Below are positions 1 through 8,415 of a DNA stretch of 40,892 nt, piece by piece (position 1 is the first letter of the stretch; the number at the start of each line of letters is the position of its first letter). Below the pieces are notes generated by a model that was not told the DNA's origin, made no database searches, and saw only the letters and a list, made by a program, of their open reading frames with translations. The translations under genes and the position numbers were made by a program. The stretch is from a virus (Duplodnaviria; Caudoviricetes): the IMG/VR virus record IMGVR_UViG_3300032281_001698, positions 1-40,892 of that record, one strand, 5' to 3'.

Positions 1-2
1 AT

Positions 3-189
3 ATGTTTGCTGTTTGCACATCTCTTACAACTGTTCCATTATTCAATACTTCTAATGTGACAGATATGGGTAGTATGTTTGCTGTTTGCACATCTCTTAC
101 AACTGTTCCATTATTCAATACTTCTAATGTGACAGATATGAGTGATATGTTTAATGGTTGCGCATCTCTTACAACCGTTCCATTATTAA
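3..189 (+). repeat. 72-bp coding tandem repeat, about 2.5 copies (units start 3, 75, 147)
   Basis: ATGTTTGCTGTTTGCACATCTCTTACAACTGTTCCATTATTCAATACTTCTAATGTGACAGATATG occurs twice; the third copy is diverged. Confidence 0.95.
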
Positions 190-893
190 TTTCAGGAGCT
201 GGGACAACAACCACTAAATTCAATGCAATCTTCACTAGTTGTAATTCACTTACAAGAGCAGCATTAAACGGATCTGAATATTCAATAAATTATTCGACTT
301 GTAAATTATCAAAAGAAGAACTTGAATCTGTTTTTAATTATCTAGACACGATAGGAACGTCCTCTCAAACAATAACAGTTACAAATAATTGGGGAGCGCC
401 AACTCCTGTAACGTTAACAGGAACTACAACTGTCGGTAGTACGACAATAAGTATGGCAAATACAACTGGTATTGCTGTTGGTATGCAAATTACAGGAACA
501 GGATCGCCACTTACTACAGCAAGAGCTGTAACATTCACAGACGCTGGTGATTTAGTCAACTTAGCATCACACGGTTTAAATAATGGAGATGAAGTTTCTT
601 TTGCAACTATAGTAACAACGACTGGTATTGTTACTAATAGAATTTATTATGTAGTCAATGCAACCGCAGGTACATTTCAAGTAGCAGCAACCTTGGGTGG
701 TCCCGCATTACCATTAACTACGACTGGTACGCCGTCAGGTACTCTACGATACAGAACACAAGTGGTTTCTATCAATCCTAATGTGAGTATAGTTGTATCT
801 CGTCCAATGACCACTAGCGCTTCAAACACTTTAACATTTAGACAATTAAGAACAGGAACCGCCCTATTAAAAGGTTGGGCAGTAACAGCATAA
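3..893 (+). CDS. Virion/tail-fibre-like protein with BspA/DUF285-type 24-aa repeats (5'-truncated)
   Basis: Repeats MFxxCxSLTTVPLFNTSNVTDM, then a Thr/Gly-rich beta region with HGLNNGDEV typical of phage tail/adhesin modules. Frame is open at the window edge. Confidence 0.65.
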   Translation: MFAVCTSLTTVPLFNTSNVTDMGSMFAVCTSLTTVPLFNTSNVTDMSDMFNGCASLTTVPLLISGAGTTTTKFNAIFTSCNSLTRAALNGSEYSINYSTCKLSKEELESVFNYLDTIGTSSQTITVTNNWGAPTPVTLTGTTTVGSTTISMANTTGIAVGMQITGTGSPLTTARAVTFTDAGDLVNLASHGLNNGDEVSFATIVTTTGIVTNRIYYVVNATAGTFQVAATLGGPALPLTTTGTPSGTLRYRTQVVSINPNVSIVVSRPMTTSASNTLTFRQLRTGTALLKGWAVTA

Positions 894-897
894 TTTT

Positions 898-1089
898 ATG
901 ACAGAGGGATTTTACAAAAAAGATAATGAGGAACTTTTATATGCTCCAAATATAGTAGAAGGAAATGGATTTGTTTTAGTAAAACAAGACAAAGATCAAT
1001 ATGACTATCCAGTAGATGGATGGACTTGGTTTGAAAGTAAAGAAGAAGCAAATAATTTAATTAAACTTTTTAAGTATAATCAACTTTAA
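898..1089 (+). CDS. Small hypothetical protein, possible tail-fibre-associated chaperone
   Basis: 63-aa ORF starting 4 nt after the fibre gene; YPVDGWTWF motif. Confidence 0.6.
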   Translation: MTEGFYKKDNEELLYAPNIVEGNGFVLVKQDKDQYDYPVDGWTWFESKEEANNLIKLFKYNQL

Positions 1090-1459
1090 CATTTTTGCTT
1101 TCAAAGGTTTTTATTTGTTCTGGATGTTTAGCTCCTTTTCTTTCTTTAGAGTAGTTTTCAAAAAACTTTTCTTTAACAGGGTCTTTTCCGCCAGCCAAAT
1201 CAGCTCTCCTCTGACTCATTTCTTTGCTATAGTCCAACATGTCTCCAACTGTTCCTTTTTTTGATTCCGTTCTATTGTTAAAGTCTTTACAACTAAATGG
1301 ATCTATGCTTGTATCAATAGATGCGTTTGGATTATAAAAAATTCTTATCCAATTATCTTCATCGCCACTTTCCCCAAAGTATTCATGTTTATCGTTCATG
1401 GATTGAAATACATCTTTATATTCGTCCGTTAATTGATTTTTATATGTATAAATTGGCAT
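1070..1459 (-). CDS. FmdB-like putative regulatory protein lacking the Cys ligands
   Basis: N-terminus MPIYTY...VFQSMND matches the FmdB start, but CxxC is absent. Confidence 0.55.
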   Translation of the reverse strand: MPIYTYKNQLTDEYKDVFQSMNDKHEYFGESGDEDNWIRIFYNPNASIDTSIDPFSCKDFNNRTESKKGTVGDMLDYSKEMSQRRADLAGGKDPVKEKFFENYSKERKGAKHPEQIKTFESKNVKVDYT

Positions 1460-1473
1460 ATATATTATATATA

Positions 1474-1507
1474 AAAAATAGGCAGAAATTCAATTCTGCC
1501 TATTTTT
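1474..1507. terminator. Bidirectional intrinsic terminator downstream of hsp20
   Basis: AAAAATAGGCAGAA-ATTCAA-TTCTGCCTATTTTT, a perfect 14-bp inverted repeat with A/T tails. Confidence 0.85.
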
Positions 1508-1514
1508 ATTTGCG

Positions 1515-1856
1515 TTAGTTTATTTTTATATCTAGACTATCAGATATAGACTTCTTTGGAAGTGTTATTTTAAGTAGTCCATTTTTATATTCAGATTTGA
1601 TATGATTGATTGAAACAAGATTATTAAGATTAATAACTAAATCTTTAGATCTCTCTTCGTTTTTAGCTTTAATTTTAAGTGTTTCATCTGTTGCTGTAAT
1701 TTTAATTTCAGATTTATCATATCCAGCAAGTTCGACTTCTGCCGTATAAACATCTCCAGCATCTTTAATATAAGATTTTGTAGAGTTATTTTCGTGGCGG
1801 GAATCAGCTGTTGAAAACAGCTCATCAAATAATGTATTAGTAAATAATGTACTCAT
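1515..1856 (-). CDS. Small heat-shock protein (Hsp20/alpha-crystallin)
   Basis: ELAGYDKSEIKI and IKSEYKNGLLKITLPK motifs. Confidence 0.9.
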   Translation of the reverse strand: MSTLFTNTLFDELFSTADSRHENNSTKSYIKDAGDVYTAEVELAGYDKSEIKITATDETLKIKAKNEERSKDLVINLNNLVSINHIKSEYKNGLLKITLPKKSISDSLDIKIN

Positions 1857-1889
1857 AGGCTTTTTCTATATCATATATTATGCCAAGTG

Positions 1890-2969
1890 TCAATTAGTAA
1901 AAATACTAGATAAAATCTTATCTGCTGTATTTGAGTATGTCAAATTGGCTGCTAATTTTTGTCCTTCTGTGTTAATTTGTCTCGCTTTTTTTTCAGCCAT
2001 TTCCATGGCGCAAATAACAGAATCTTCATTCCAATCAAAAAACGTACCCTGATTAAAATCAGTACCCTTTTGAAAGAAAACTTGATCATAGCAATCAAAT
2101 TGGCCACTTGGTTGAACTAAAATCGAATTATCTTTATTAGCCCAATCCTTGTGAGATGTAGCATCAAGAACAATACTCCATTTACCCAAACAAGTAGCAT
2201 TAAATGCTGGTAAATTCCAACCCTCGGCCCCACTAAGACCAGTCAAGTCAATGTCTATAGAATTTAATAAATCATTAACTTCTTTATTTGTCTGTAGATA
2301 TGGAAGAAAGTTTATGTTTGTGTATTTTTTTCCTCCTAAAACATTTTGAATGACGGCCTCCATATCTTCTGGTTTGAAAAATGGATTAGACACACAGCAA
2401 GTTAATTGGTAATTATTGTTGTTCCCATATTTTTTTAACCATGTCTGGATAATTCTTCCAGTATGTTTCCTCTTTTCAAATTTGCCCATTAATCCAAAAT
2501 GGATTATGTTATTTAGGTATCTCTTATCATTTCTATAAAAGTCCTTATCAAAGCCAAGTGGAATAAAAACAGAATTATCACACCCTTTTTGCAAAAAGGA
2601 GTCTCTTGCATAAGTAGAGCTAAAAAATGTTTTTTCTTGGGAATTGGCTATAGATATTTCACTATTAGTTGGTTGGTTACATTCATAAAATGTATACAAA
2701 TATTGATTTTTATTTTTTCTATTTTCACCTCCATTTAAATGCCATAGTTTAAAACTGGGTATTTCTTTTTTTAGAAATGAAAATCTATTATCAATAGATT
2801 TTTGTATATAACTTATAAAACCAGGATTTAAATCAAAAGCTTTTAAGTCAATATTACCAATTGGAAATAATCCAATATCTACATTCTTGTTAAAGAATTC
2901 TCTTATGATATTTAAAGAGACATTACCAAGACTCAATGGATTAAGTGGTGCTTCTACTAAGATCTTCAT
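1890..2969 (-). CDS. Glycosyltransferase, GT4-like (GT-B fold)
   Basis: IPLGFD, MGKFEKRKH and SGAEGWNLPAFNA (EX7E variant) motifs. Confidence 0.8.
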   Translation of the reverse strand: MKILVEAPLNPLSLGNVSLNIIREFFNKNVDIGLFPIGNIDLKAFDLNPGFISYIQKSIDNRFSFLKKEIPSFKLWHLNGGENRKNKNQYLYTFYECNQPTNSEISIANSQEKTFFSSTYARDSFLQKGCDNSVFIPLGFDKDFYRNDKRYLNNIIHFGLMGKFEKRKHTGRIIQTWLKKYGNNNNYQLTCCVSNPFFKPEDMEAVIQNVLGGKKYTNINFLPYLQTNKEVNDLLNSIDIDLTGLSGAEGWNLPAFNATCLGKWSIVLDATSHKDWANKDNSILVQPSGQFDCYDQVFFQKGTDFNQGTFFDWNEDSVICAMEMAEKKARQINTEGQKLAANLTYSNTADKILSSIFTN

Positions 2970-2971
2970 AA

Positions 2972-3373
2972 TTAAAATGGAATATCTTCGTCTGAGCTTT
3001 GACTTGATGGAGCTTGAGTGGTTTGTTGTGTCTTTTGTTCAACAGAGCCGCTCTGATTTGATTCGTCCTTCTTTCCACTTGACAAGAACTGGATGTTTGA
3101 AGTCTTAATAAAATACTTAGTCATTGTTTTTTCGTCCTGTTTCCAGGAATCCATACAAAGCTCTCCCTGAATCAACACCTCTCTACCTTTCTTGAGATAT
3201 TGAGAGCAGATTTCTGCATTTCTATCCCAAGCTTCGCAATCAATAAAACATTTAGTTTTTGAGTTTGGATTTGAAATAGCAATTCGCATTTTACAAACCT
3301 TTTTATCTGATCCTACTTCCTTAAGTTCTGGATCGTTAACTAGATGACAAGCTGTAATAATTGTGTTATACAT
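2972..3373 (-). CDS. ssb: Single-stranded DNA-binding protein
   Basis: OB-fold motifs LVNDPEL, FIDCEAW, YLKKGREVLIQGEL; acidic tail DEDIPF. Confidence 0.95.
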   Translation of the reverse strand: MYNTIITACHLVNDPELKEVGSDKKVCKMRIAISNPNSKTKCFIDCEAWDRNAEICSQYLKKGREVLIQGELCMDSWKQDEKTMTKYFIKTSNIQFLSSGKKDESNQSGSVEQKTQQTTQAPSSQSSDEDIPF

Positions 3374-3938
3374 GATTTATTTCTTTTTTGATGTTGTTTA
3401 TGAATTTATTGTGTATATTGATACATCCTTGGATTGATAAATCCAATTCTTTGGCTATTTTTTTCCAAGGAGTGAGTTTATTATTAGACATGTAATACCT
3501 CATGTCAATAATTTTTTTCAATCTTTCATCTTTTTCTTCATTTAAAATTTTTTTAAAACCCTCAAATACCTCTTCTCTTTGTAGGTCATTTAAAAAACTA
3601 TCACAAGACGGTTCTATAAAGTTCAGTTCATCACTGATTGAGTACGTTTTATTTTTTTTAATTTTATTTAAAATATTCAAACACTTCCATTTTGTTTCGT
3701 TGGCTAAGTATGTAGAAAATTTTGTAGATTTTTCTGGGTCGAACTTTAAAGCAGATGAATAAATTGTATAATCTTTTTCATCCATTATAAACCCCTTGTC
3801 TATGACAGAGAATGGATTTTTTGTAAATTTTTCGACCATTGATGCATAAATGCCAGAATGTCTATTAATTAATTCTAATAAACTTGGTTCGTGATTATTA
3901 TCTTTTATCTTATTTATAAGGGACAAGTCGCTTTCCAT
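3366..3938 (-). CDS. Phage sigma70-family sigma factor (regions 2 and 4)
   Basis: KFDPEKSTKFSTY (region 2); IIDMRY...PWKKIAKELDLSIQG HTH (region 4). Confidence 0.8.
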   Translation of the reverse strand: MESDLSLINKIKDNNHEPSLLELINRHSGIYASMVEKFTKNPFSVIDKGFIMDEKDYTIYSSALKFDPEKSTKFSTYLANETKWKCLNILNKIKKNKTYSISDELNFIEPSCDSFLNDLQREEVFEGFKKILNEEKDERLKKIIDMRYYMSNNKLTPWKKIAKELDLSIQGCINIHNKFINNIKKEINHV

Positions 3939-4519
3939 AATTCAAATATTTCTTTGTTTAATAAAGGGGAAATGATCTCATGAGATAGGTTTTTTAAAAG
4001 AGATTCGTCTTTTGTTGTAAGCCATGTTAAAGAATTATCGCAAGACTCTAATAATATTTTATTATTAATCTCTTCATAAGAGTTGGCTGGTTCTATCATT
4101 TCTCCATTATCATTTATTCTTGAAATAAATAGAACTATTCCATTGTTTTGTCTAACCCATTTTAATTCGTTTTCAAACCTGAGATCTGTAATAATCAAAA
4201 CAGATTTTTTATCATAAGCTTTTTCTAATTCATTAATCCATACATTTTCATCTAGTCTTCTTCTGAAGTCTGATCCCCAAAAAACAAGAAAATCTCTAAT
4301 GAGTTTTTTTTCATTAGAGTCTTCTGTAAATGCAGAAATCCCTAAGCTGTTTTTTAACAGTGGATCTACCTCAAGCTTTAAGGCTTTTGCGAACGAATTC
4401 AAAGATGTTGATATTTCATGATTATTAAGTATTTCTGATATATATCTACCTAATGTATCTTTTCCAGATCTAGCGTTACCAGCTATTGCTATAATTTTTT
4501 TATCAAGAGTATTCCGCAC
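3914..4519 (-). CDS. Deoxynucleoside monophosphate kinase (T4 gp1-like)
   Basis: P-loop GNARSGKDT, FAKALK, ITDLRFENE; GTG start. Confidence 0.85.
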   Translation of the reverse strand: MRNTLDKKIIAIAGNARSGKDTLGRYISEILNNHEISTSLNSFAKALKLEVDPLLKNSLGISAFTEDSNEKKLIRDFLVFWGSDFRRRLDENVWINELEKAYDKKSVLIITDLRFENELKWVRQNNGIVLFISRINDNGEMIEPANSYEEINNKILLESCDNSLTWLTTKDESLLKNLSHEIISPLLNKEIFELWKATCPL

Positions 4520-4525
4520 GTCACC

Positions 4526-4554
4526 CTTATAAGGGAAGATAAGATATTTGTCAA
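4526..4554 (-). promoter_or_regulatory. Sigma70-type promoter, leaderless, for the dNMP kinase operon
   Basis: TTGACA-17-TATAAG, then 6 nt to GTG. The -10 lies inside palindrome CCCTTATAAGGG (4524-4535). Confidence 0.75.
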
Positions 4555-4630
4555 TAAAATTATCAATAAAATATTTGATATAATATATTTATATTAATTA
4601 ATATTAATATCTATTCAGGTAAGCTTATCT

Positions 4631-4672
4631 ATAACGTTAACGTTATTATAATCTTATTTTTCAAAAAGTCAA
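4631..4672 (-). promoter_or_regulatory. Sigma70-type promoter with overlapping 16-bp palindrome
   Basis: TTGACT-16-TATAAT on the minus strand; ATAACGTTAACGTTAT at 4631-4646. Confidence 0.6.
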
Positions 4673-4721
4673 GTCAAAAAATAATATTTTTTCATCTTGT
4701 AAAATTTTAAATTTGGGATAT

Positions 4722-4728
4722 AGTGTAA
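4722..4728 (+). promoter_or_regulatory. AGTGTAA putative phage promoter before nrdB
   Basis: 11 nt upstream of ATG 4740; motif recurs before four other genes. Confidence 0.65.
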
Positions 4729-4739
4729 ATCATATTACT

Positions 4740-5711
4740 ATGATCTTTGAAGAGCAAATCTCCCGCAAACCGAATCTTTATCCTTGGACTGAACAATTTA
4801 TCGAGGCTATGCATAATGGCTTTTGGACCGATAAGGAATTTTCATTTAAAGCTGATGTTCAACAGTTTAAAACCGAGATTTCTGATCAAGAAAGAGAGAT
4901 TGTAGTACGCACTCTGTCAGCGATTGGACAAATTGAAGTTGCGGTAAAAACATTTTGGGCTAAACTTGGAGAAAATCTACCTCATCCATCTCTTCAAGAT
5001 CTTGGCTATGTAATGGCCAATGTAGAAGTTATTCATAACAGCGCATATGAAAGACTCCTTAGTGTTTTGGATCTTGAAGATATTTTTGATGAAAATCTTA
5101 AACTTGAATGGATTCAAGGCAGGGTTAAATATTTAAAAAAATATACTCATAAATTTTACAAAGACTCCAAAAAGCAATATCTTTATGCTTTAATTTTATT
5201 CACTCTTTTTGTTGAGAATGTTTCGTTGTTTTCTCAGTTCTATATTATTAATTGGTTTGCACGTTTTAAGAATGTCCTTAAGGATACCGATCAACAAGTG
5301 AAATATACTCGCAATGAAGAAAATATCCATGCACTTGTTGGTATTAAGATTATTAATACCATTAGAGAAGAGCACCCAGAGCTTTTTGATGAAGAGCTTG
5401 AGCAAAGAATTCTTCATGAGGCGGAAGAGGCTTTCAAATCAGAATCAAAAATTGTTGATTGGATGGTAAATGGAATGAATCAAGAGGGATTATCAGCGCC
5501 GATCTTAAAGGAATTCATTAAAAATAGAATCAATGAATCATTATCTCAAATTAATTTTCCAAAAGTGTTTAAAATCAATGAAGAACTGTTATCATCAACA
5601 ACATGGTTTGATGAGGAGCTTCTTGGTAATAATATGACTGACTTTTTCCACTCAAGACCAGTGGAATACAGCAAGAAGAATCAATCATTCAGTGAAGACG
5701 ATTTGTTTTAA
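4740..5711 (+). CDS. nrdB: Ribonucleotide reductase beta subunit, class Id (NrdBi)-type
   Basis: IGQIEVAVKTFW (Glu first ligand plus Lys), EVIHNSAY, ENVSLFSQF, EENIH, C-terminal DFFHSRPVEY...DLF. Start moved from TTG 4713 to ATG 4740. Confidence 0.93.
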   Translation: MIFEEQISRKPNLYPWTEQFIEAMHNGFWTDKEFSFKADVQQFKTEISDQEREIVVRTLSAIGQIEVAVKTFWAKLGENLPHPSLQDLGYVMANVEVIHNSAYERLLSVLDLEDIFDENLKLEWIQGRVKYLKKYTHKFYKDSKKQYLYALILFTLFVENVSLFSQFYIINWFARFKNVLKDTDQQVKYTRNEENIHALVGIKIINTIREEHPELFDEELEQRILHEAEEAFKSESKIVDWMVNGMNQEGLSAPILKEFIKNRINESLSQINFPKVFKINEELLSSTTWFDEELLGNNMTDFFHSRPVEYSKKNQSFSEDDLF

Positions 5712-5714
5712 TTT

Positions 5715-7367
5715 ATGAAGAACGAGGTATATTGGCTAAACAAGGATTCAAGAAAATTTCTTGAAAGAGGGTATCTGACAGAAGGTGAAACACCAGAGCA
5801 GAGGATTAAAGATATTGCTGATAGAGCTGAATCTTTATTAGGTAATCTTGATGGTTTCTCAGACAAATTTGTCAATTACATGTCAAAGGGTTTTTATTCC
5901 TTATCCAGTCCAATTTGGAGTAATTTTGGCCGTGAGAGAGGTCTACCTATTTCCTGTTTTGGTAGTTTCATTTCCGACCAAATGTCTTCAATTCTTGAAA
6001 AAATTTCAGAAGTTGGTCAAATGACCAAAGCGGGTGGAGGAACTAGTGCATATTTTGGAGCGTTGCGTGGCAGAGGAGCCTCAATCTCATCTGGCGGGAA
6101 ATCTACAGGTTCAGTACATTTTATGGAGCTTTACGATAAGCTTATGAATGTTGTTTCTCAAGGCAATGTTCGTAGAGGTTCATTTGCCGCCTATCTACCT
6201 ATCGATCATCCAGATATCGAAGAATTTCTTAAAATTCGTGGTGAAGGTCACGAAATTCAAGAAATGTCAATCGGCGTTTGTGTTTCTGACGAATGGATGA
6301 AAAAGATGATTGAAGGAGATAAAGAAGCTCGTAAGATTTGGGGTCTTGTGATCAAGAAACGTTTTGAGTCTGGTTATCCATATATTTTCTTTTCTGATAA
6401 TGCTAATAATCAAGCTCCTCAAATGTATAAAGATAAAGGGCTTAAAATCAATAACTCTAATCTCTGTAATGAAATTATGCTTTCTAATTCAGATGATGAA
6501 TCATTTGTTTGCGATCTCTCATCTCTTAATCTTGAGAAATGGGATGAGATTGCTGAAACAGATGCAGTAGAGACTCTTGTATATTTTCTTGATGCTGTAA
6601 TGTCTGAGTTTATTGAAAAGACAGATGGTGTCAAGTTTATGGAGGCTCCACGTAAGTTTGCTATTAATCAACGCGCTCTTGGTGTCGGTGTTCTTGGTTG
6701 GCACTCACTACTTCAGTCAAAAATGATTCCATTCGAATCTATGGATGCTAAACTGCTTAATGGTCAAATTTGGCGCACTATTAGAGAAAAATCAGATAAG
6801 GCAACAATCGAACTTTCAAACTTATTTGGAGAACCTCCAATGCTTGAAGGATATGGTCGCCGCAATTCCACTACTCTTGCAGTTGCTCCAACAACTAGCA
6901 GTTCATTTATATTAGGTCAAGTTTCGCCTTCTATTGAACCTCTTAATAGTAACTATTTTGTTAAGGATCTCGCTAAGGGTAAATTTACTTATAAAAACCC
7001 TTATCTTGAAAAACTTCTTAAAGAAAAAGATAAAAATGATCAAGAAACATGGAAGTCTATTTTGATTAAAGGTGGCTCTGTTCAGCATTTTGATTTCTTA
7101 ACTCAAGAAGAGAAAGATACATTTAAAACATTTGGAGAGATTTCTCAAAAAGAAATTATTATTCAAGCAGCTCAAAGACAAAAATTTATTGATCAAGGTC
7201 AATCACTTAATTTAATGATACCACCGAACACCAAGCCAAAGGAAGTTAATGAACTTATGATATTTGCTTGGGAGCAAGGTATTAAAGGTCTATACTATCA
7301 ACGTTCTAGTAATCCATCTCAAGAACTGAGTAGGTCAATTTTATCATGTTCTACATGTGAATCTTGA
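5715..7367 (+). CDS. nrdA: Ribonucleotide reductase alpha subunit, no ATP cone
   Basis: PISCF, SNLCNEI, VCDLSS, APTTSSS, GLYYQRS, C-terminal CSTC. Confidence 0.95.
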   Translation: MKNEVYWLNKDSRKFLERGYLTEGETPEQRIKDIADRAESLLGNLDGFSDKFVNYMSKGFYSLSSPIWSNFGRERGLPISCFGSFISDQMSSILEKISEVGQMTKAGGGTSAYFGALRGRGASISSGGKSTGSVHFMELYDKLMNVVSQGNVRRGSFAAYLPIDHPDIEEFLKIRGEGHEIQEMSIGVCVSDEWMKKMIEGDKEARKIWGLVIKKRFESGYPYIFFSDNANNQAPQMYKDKGLKINNSNLCNEIMLSNSDDESFVCDLSSLNLEKWDEIAETDAVETLVYFLDAVMSEFIEKTDGVKFMEAPRKFAINQRALGVGVLGWHSLLQSKMIPFESMDAKLLNGQIWRTIREKSDKATIELSNLFGEPPMLEGYGRRNSTTLAVAPTTSSSFILGQVSPSIEPLNSNYFVKDLAKGKFTYKNPYLEKLLKEKDKNDQETWKSILIKGGSVQHFDFLTQEEKDTFKTFGEISQKEIIIQAAQRQKFIDQGQSLNLMIPPNTKPKEVNELMIFAWEQGIKGLYYQRSSNPSQELSRSILSCSTCES

Positions 7368-7394
7368 TAAAAAAGATATATTTTTTTTAAAAAA

Positions 7395-7401
7395 AGTGTA
7401 A
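7395..7401 (+). promoter_or_regulatory. AGTGTAA putative phage promoter
   Basis: 10 nt upstream of ATG 7412. Confidence 0.65.
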
Positions 7402-7411
7402 CATTAATATA

Positions 7412-8395
7412 ATGGAAGTTGATTTTTCATCTAAATTAAGAAGTTTTTTTGGAGTTGAGTCTGATGCAGCATCAAGACCTGGACCAAAAAGTGGAGCGCA
7501 AACACCTTCTAAACCATCTGAGCGTAGAAGAGGTTCAGAAAAAAATAAACCAGATTCAGCATCTTCAGATTCTGATTCAAAAATCACTTTTACTGAAAAA
7601 GTAGTTAACTCTTTAAAACAGAAGGTTTCTGATCATAATGAAAAATATGATAAAAAAGTTACCTTAAATCAATTAAAGAAAGTTTATCGTCGTGGTCTTG
7701 GTGCTTTTTCGACTTCTCATAGACCAGGCCAAACTAGAAATAGTTGGGCTATGGCAAGAGTCAATATGTTTTTAAAAATGCAGAAAGGTGGCAAAGTTAA
7801 AGATTCTTACCGCGCTGCAGATCAAGATGTCGCTAGAGGAGAGGAGCTTTATTACGAACAAAAACCAGAAGATTGTTTTTGGGAATTTGACTCAATTGAT
7901 TTTGATTTAGCTCGTATTGATTTAGTAAAAGCTGGCGTTGATATCGAAGAAGAAGGTAATATCGAGTTAGATGATATTGATTATACAGAAGCAGAAAAGA
8001 AAACTCTTAATAAACCATTTAGATTACCAAGTGGATCAAATAAAAAATTTGGCGTATATGTTAAAAACGATAAAGGTAATACTGTAATAGTTAAATTTGG
8101 CGATCCAAATATGGAGATTCGCCGCGACGACCCAGAGCGTAGAAAAAGTTTTAGAGCGCGTCATCAATGCGATACAAATATTGGACCGAAATGGAAAGCC
8201 CGTTATTGGAGCTGTAAATTTTGGTCTGCAAAACCTGTTTCCTCCATGGCATCTGCTGAAGAATTATTATTGAGCGATGATGATGGTTTAGATTGGGGTT
8301 GGGACGATTCTACATTTGTTGATCAAGACCAAATTTTTACAGAAAATCCAGATCTTGAAAATATTGAAGATTTTTTTGAAGAAGAAGAGCTTTGA
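7412..8395 (+). CDS. Conserved viral hypothetical protein with two basic domains and acidic linkers
   Basis: VYRRGLGAF.SHRPG...WAMARVNMF and KKFGVYV...VKFGD...RRKSFRARH...ARYWSC, recalled as DUF5824-like and DUF5754-like (unverified). Confidence 0.6.
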   Translation: MEVDFSSKLRSFFGVESDAASRPGPKSGAQTPSKPSERRRGSEKNKPDSASSDSDSKITFTEKVVNSLKQKVSDHNEKYDKKVTLNQLKKVYRRGLGAFSTSHRPGQTRNSWAMARVNMFLKMQKGGKVKDSYRAADQDVARGEELYYEQKPEDCFWEFDSIDFDLARIDLVKAGVDIEEEGNIELDDIDYTEAEKKTLNKPFRLPSGSNKKFGVYVKNDKGNTVIVKFGDPNMEIRRDDPERRKSFRARHQCDTNIGPKWKARYWSCKFWSAKPVSSMASAEELLLSDDDGLDWGWDDSTFVDQDQIFTENPDLENIEDFFEEEEL

Positions 8396-8404
8396 TATTA
8401 TAAT
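8376..8404 (+). promoter_or_regulatory. Sigma70-type promoter for the glycan island
   Basis: TTGAAG-17-TATAAT, 11 nt before ATG 8416. Confidence 0.6.
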
Positions 8405-8415
8405 CATGCACTAGC

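Noticed and set aside
3-893. Diversity-generating retroelement target
   Set aside because: No reverse transcriptase or adenine-specific TR/VR pair seen in the window.
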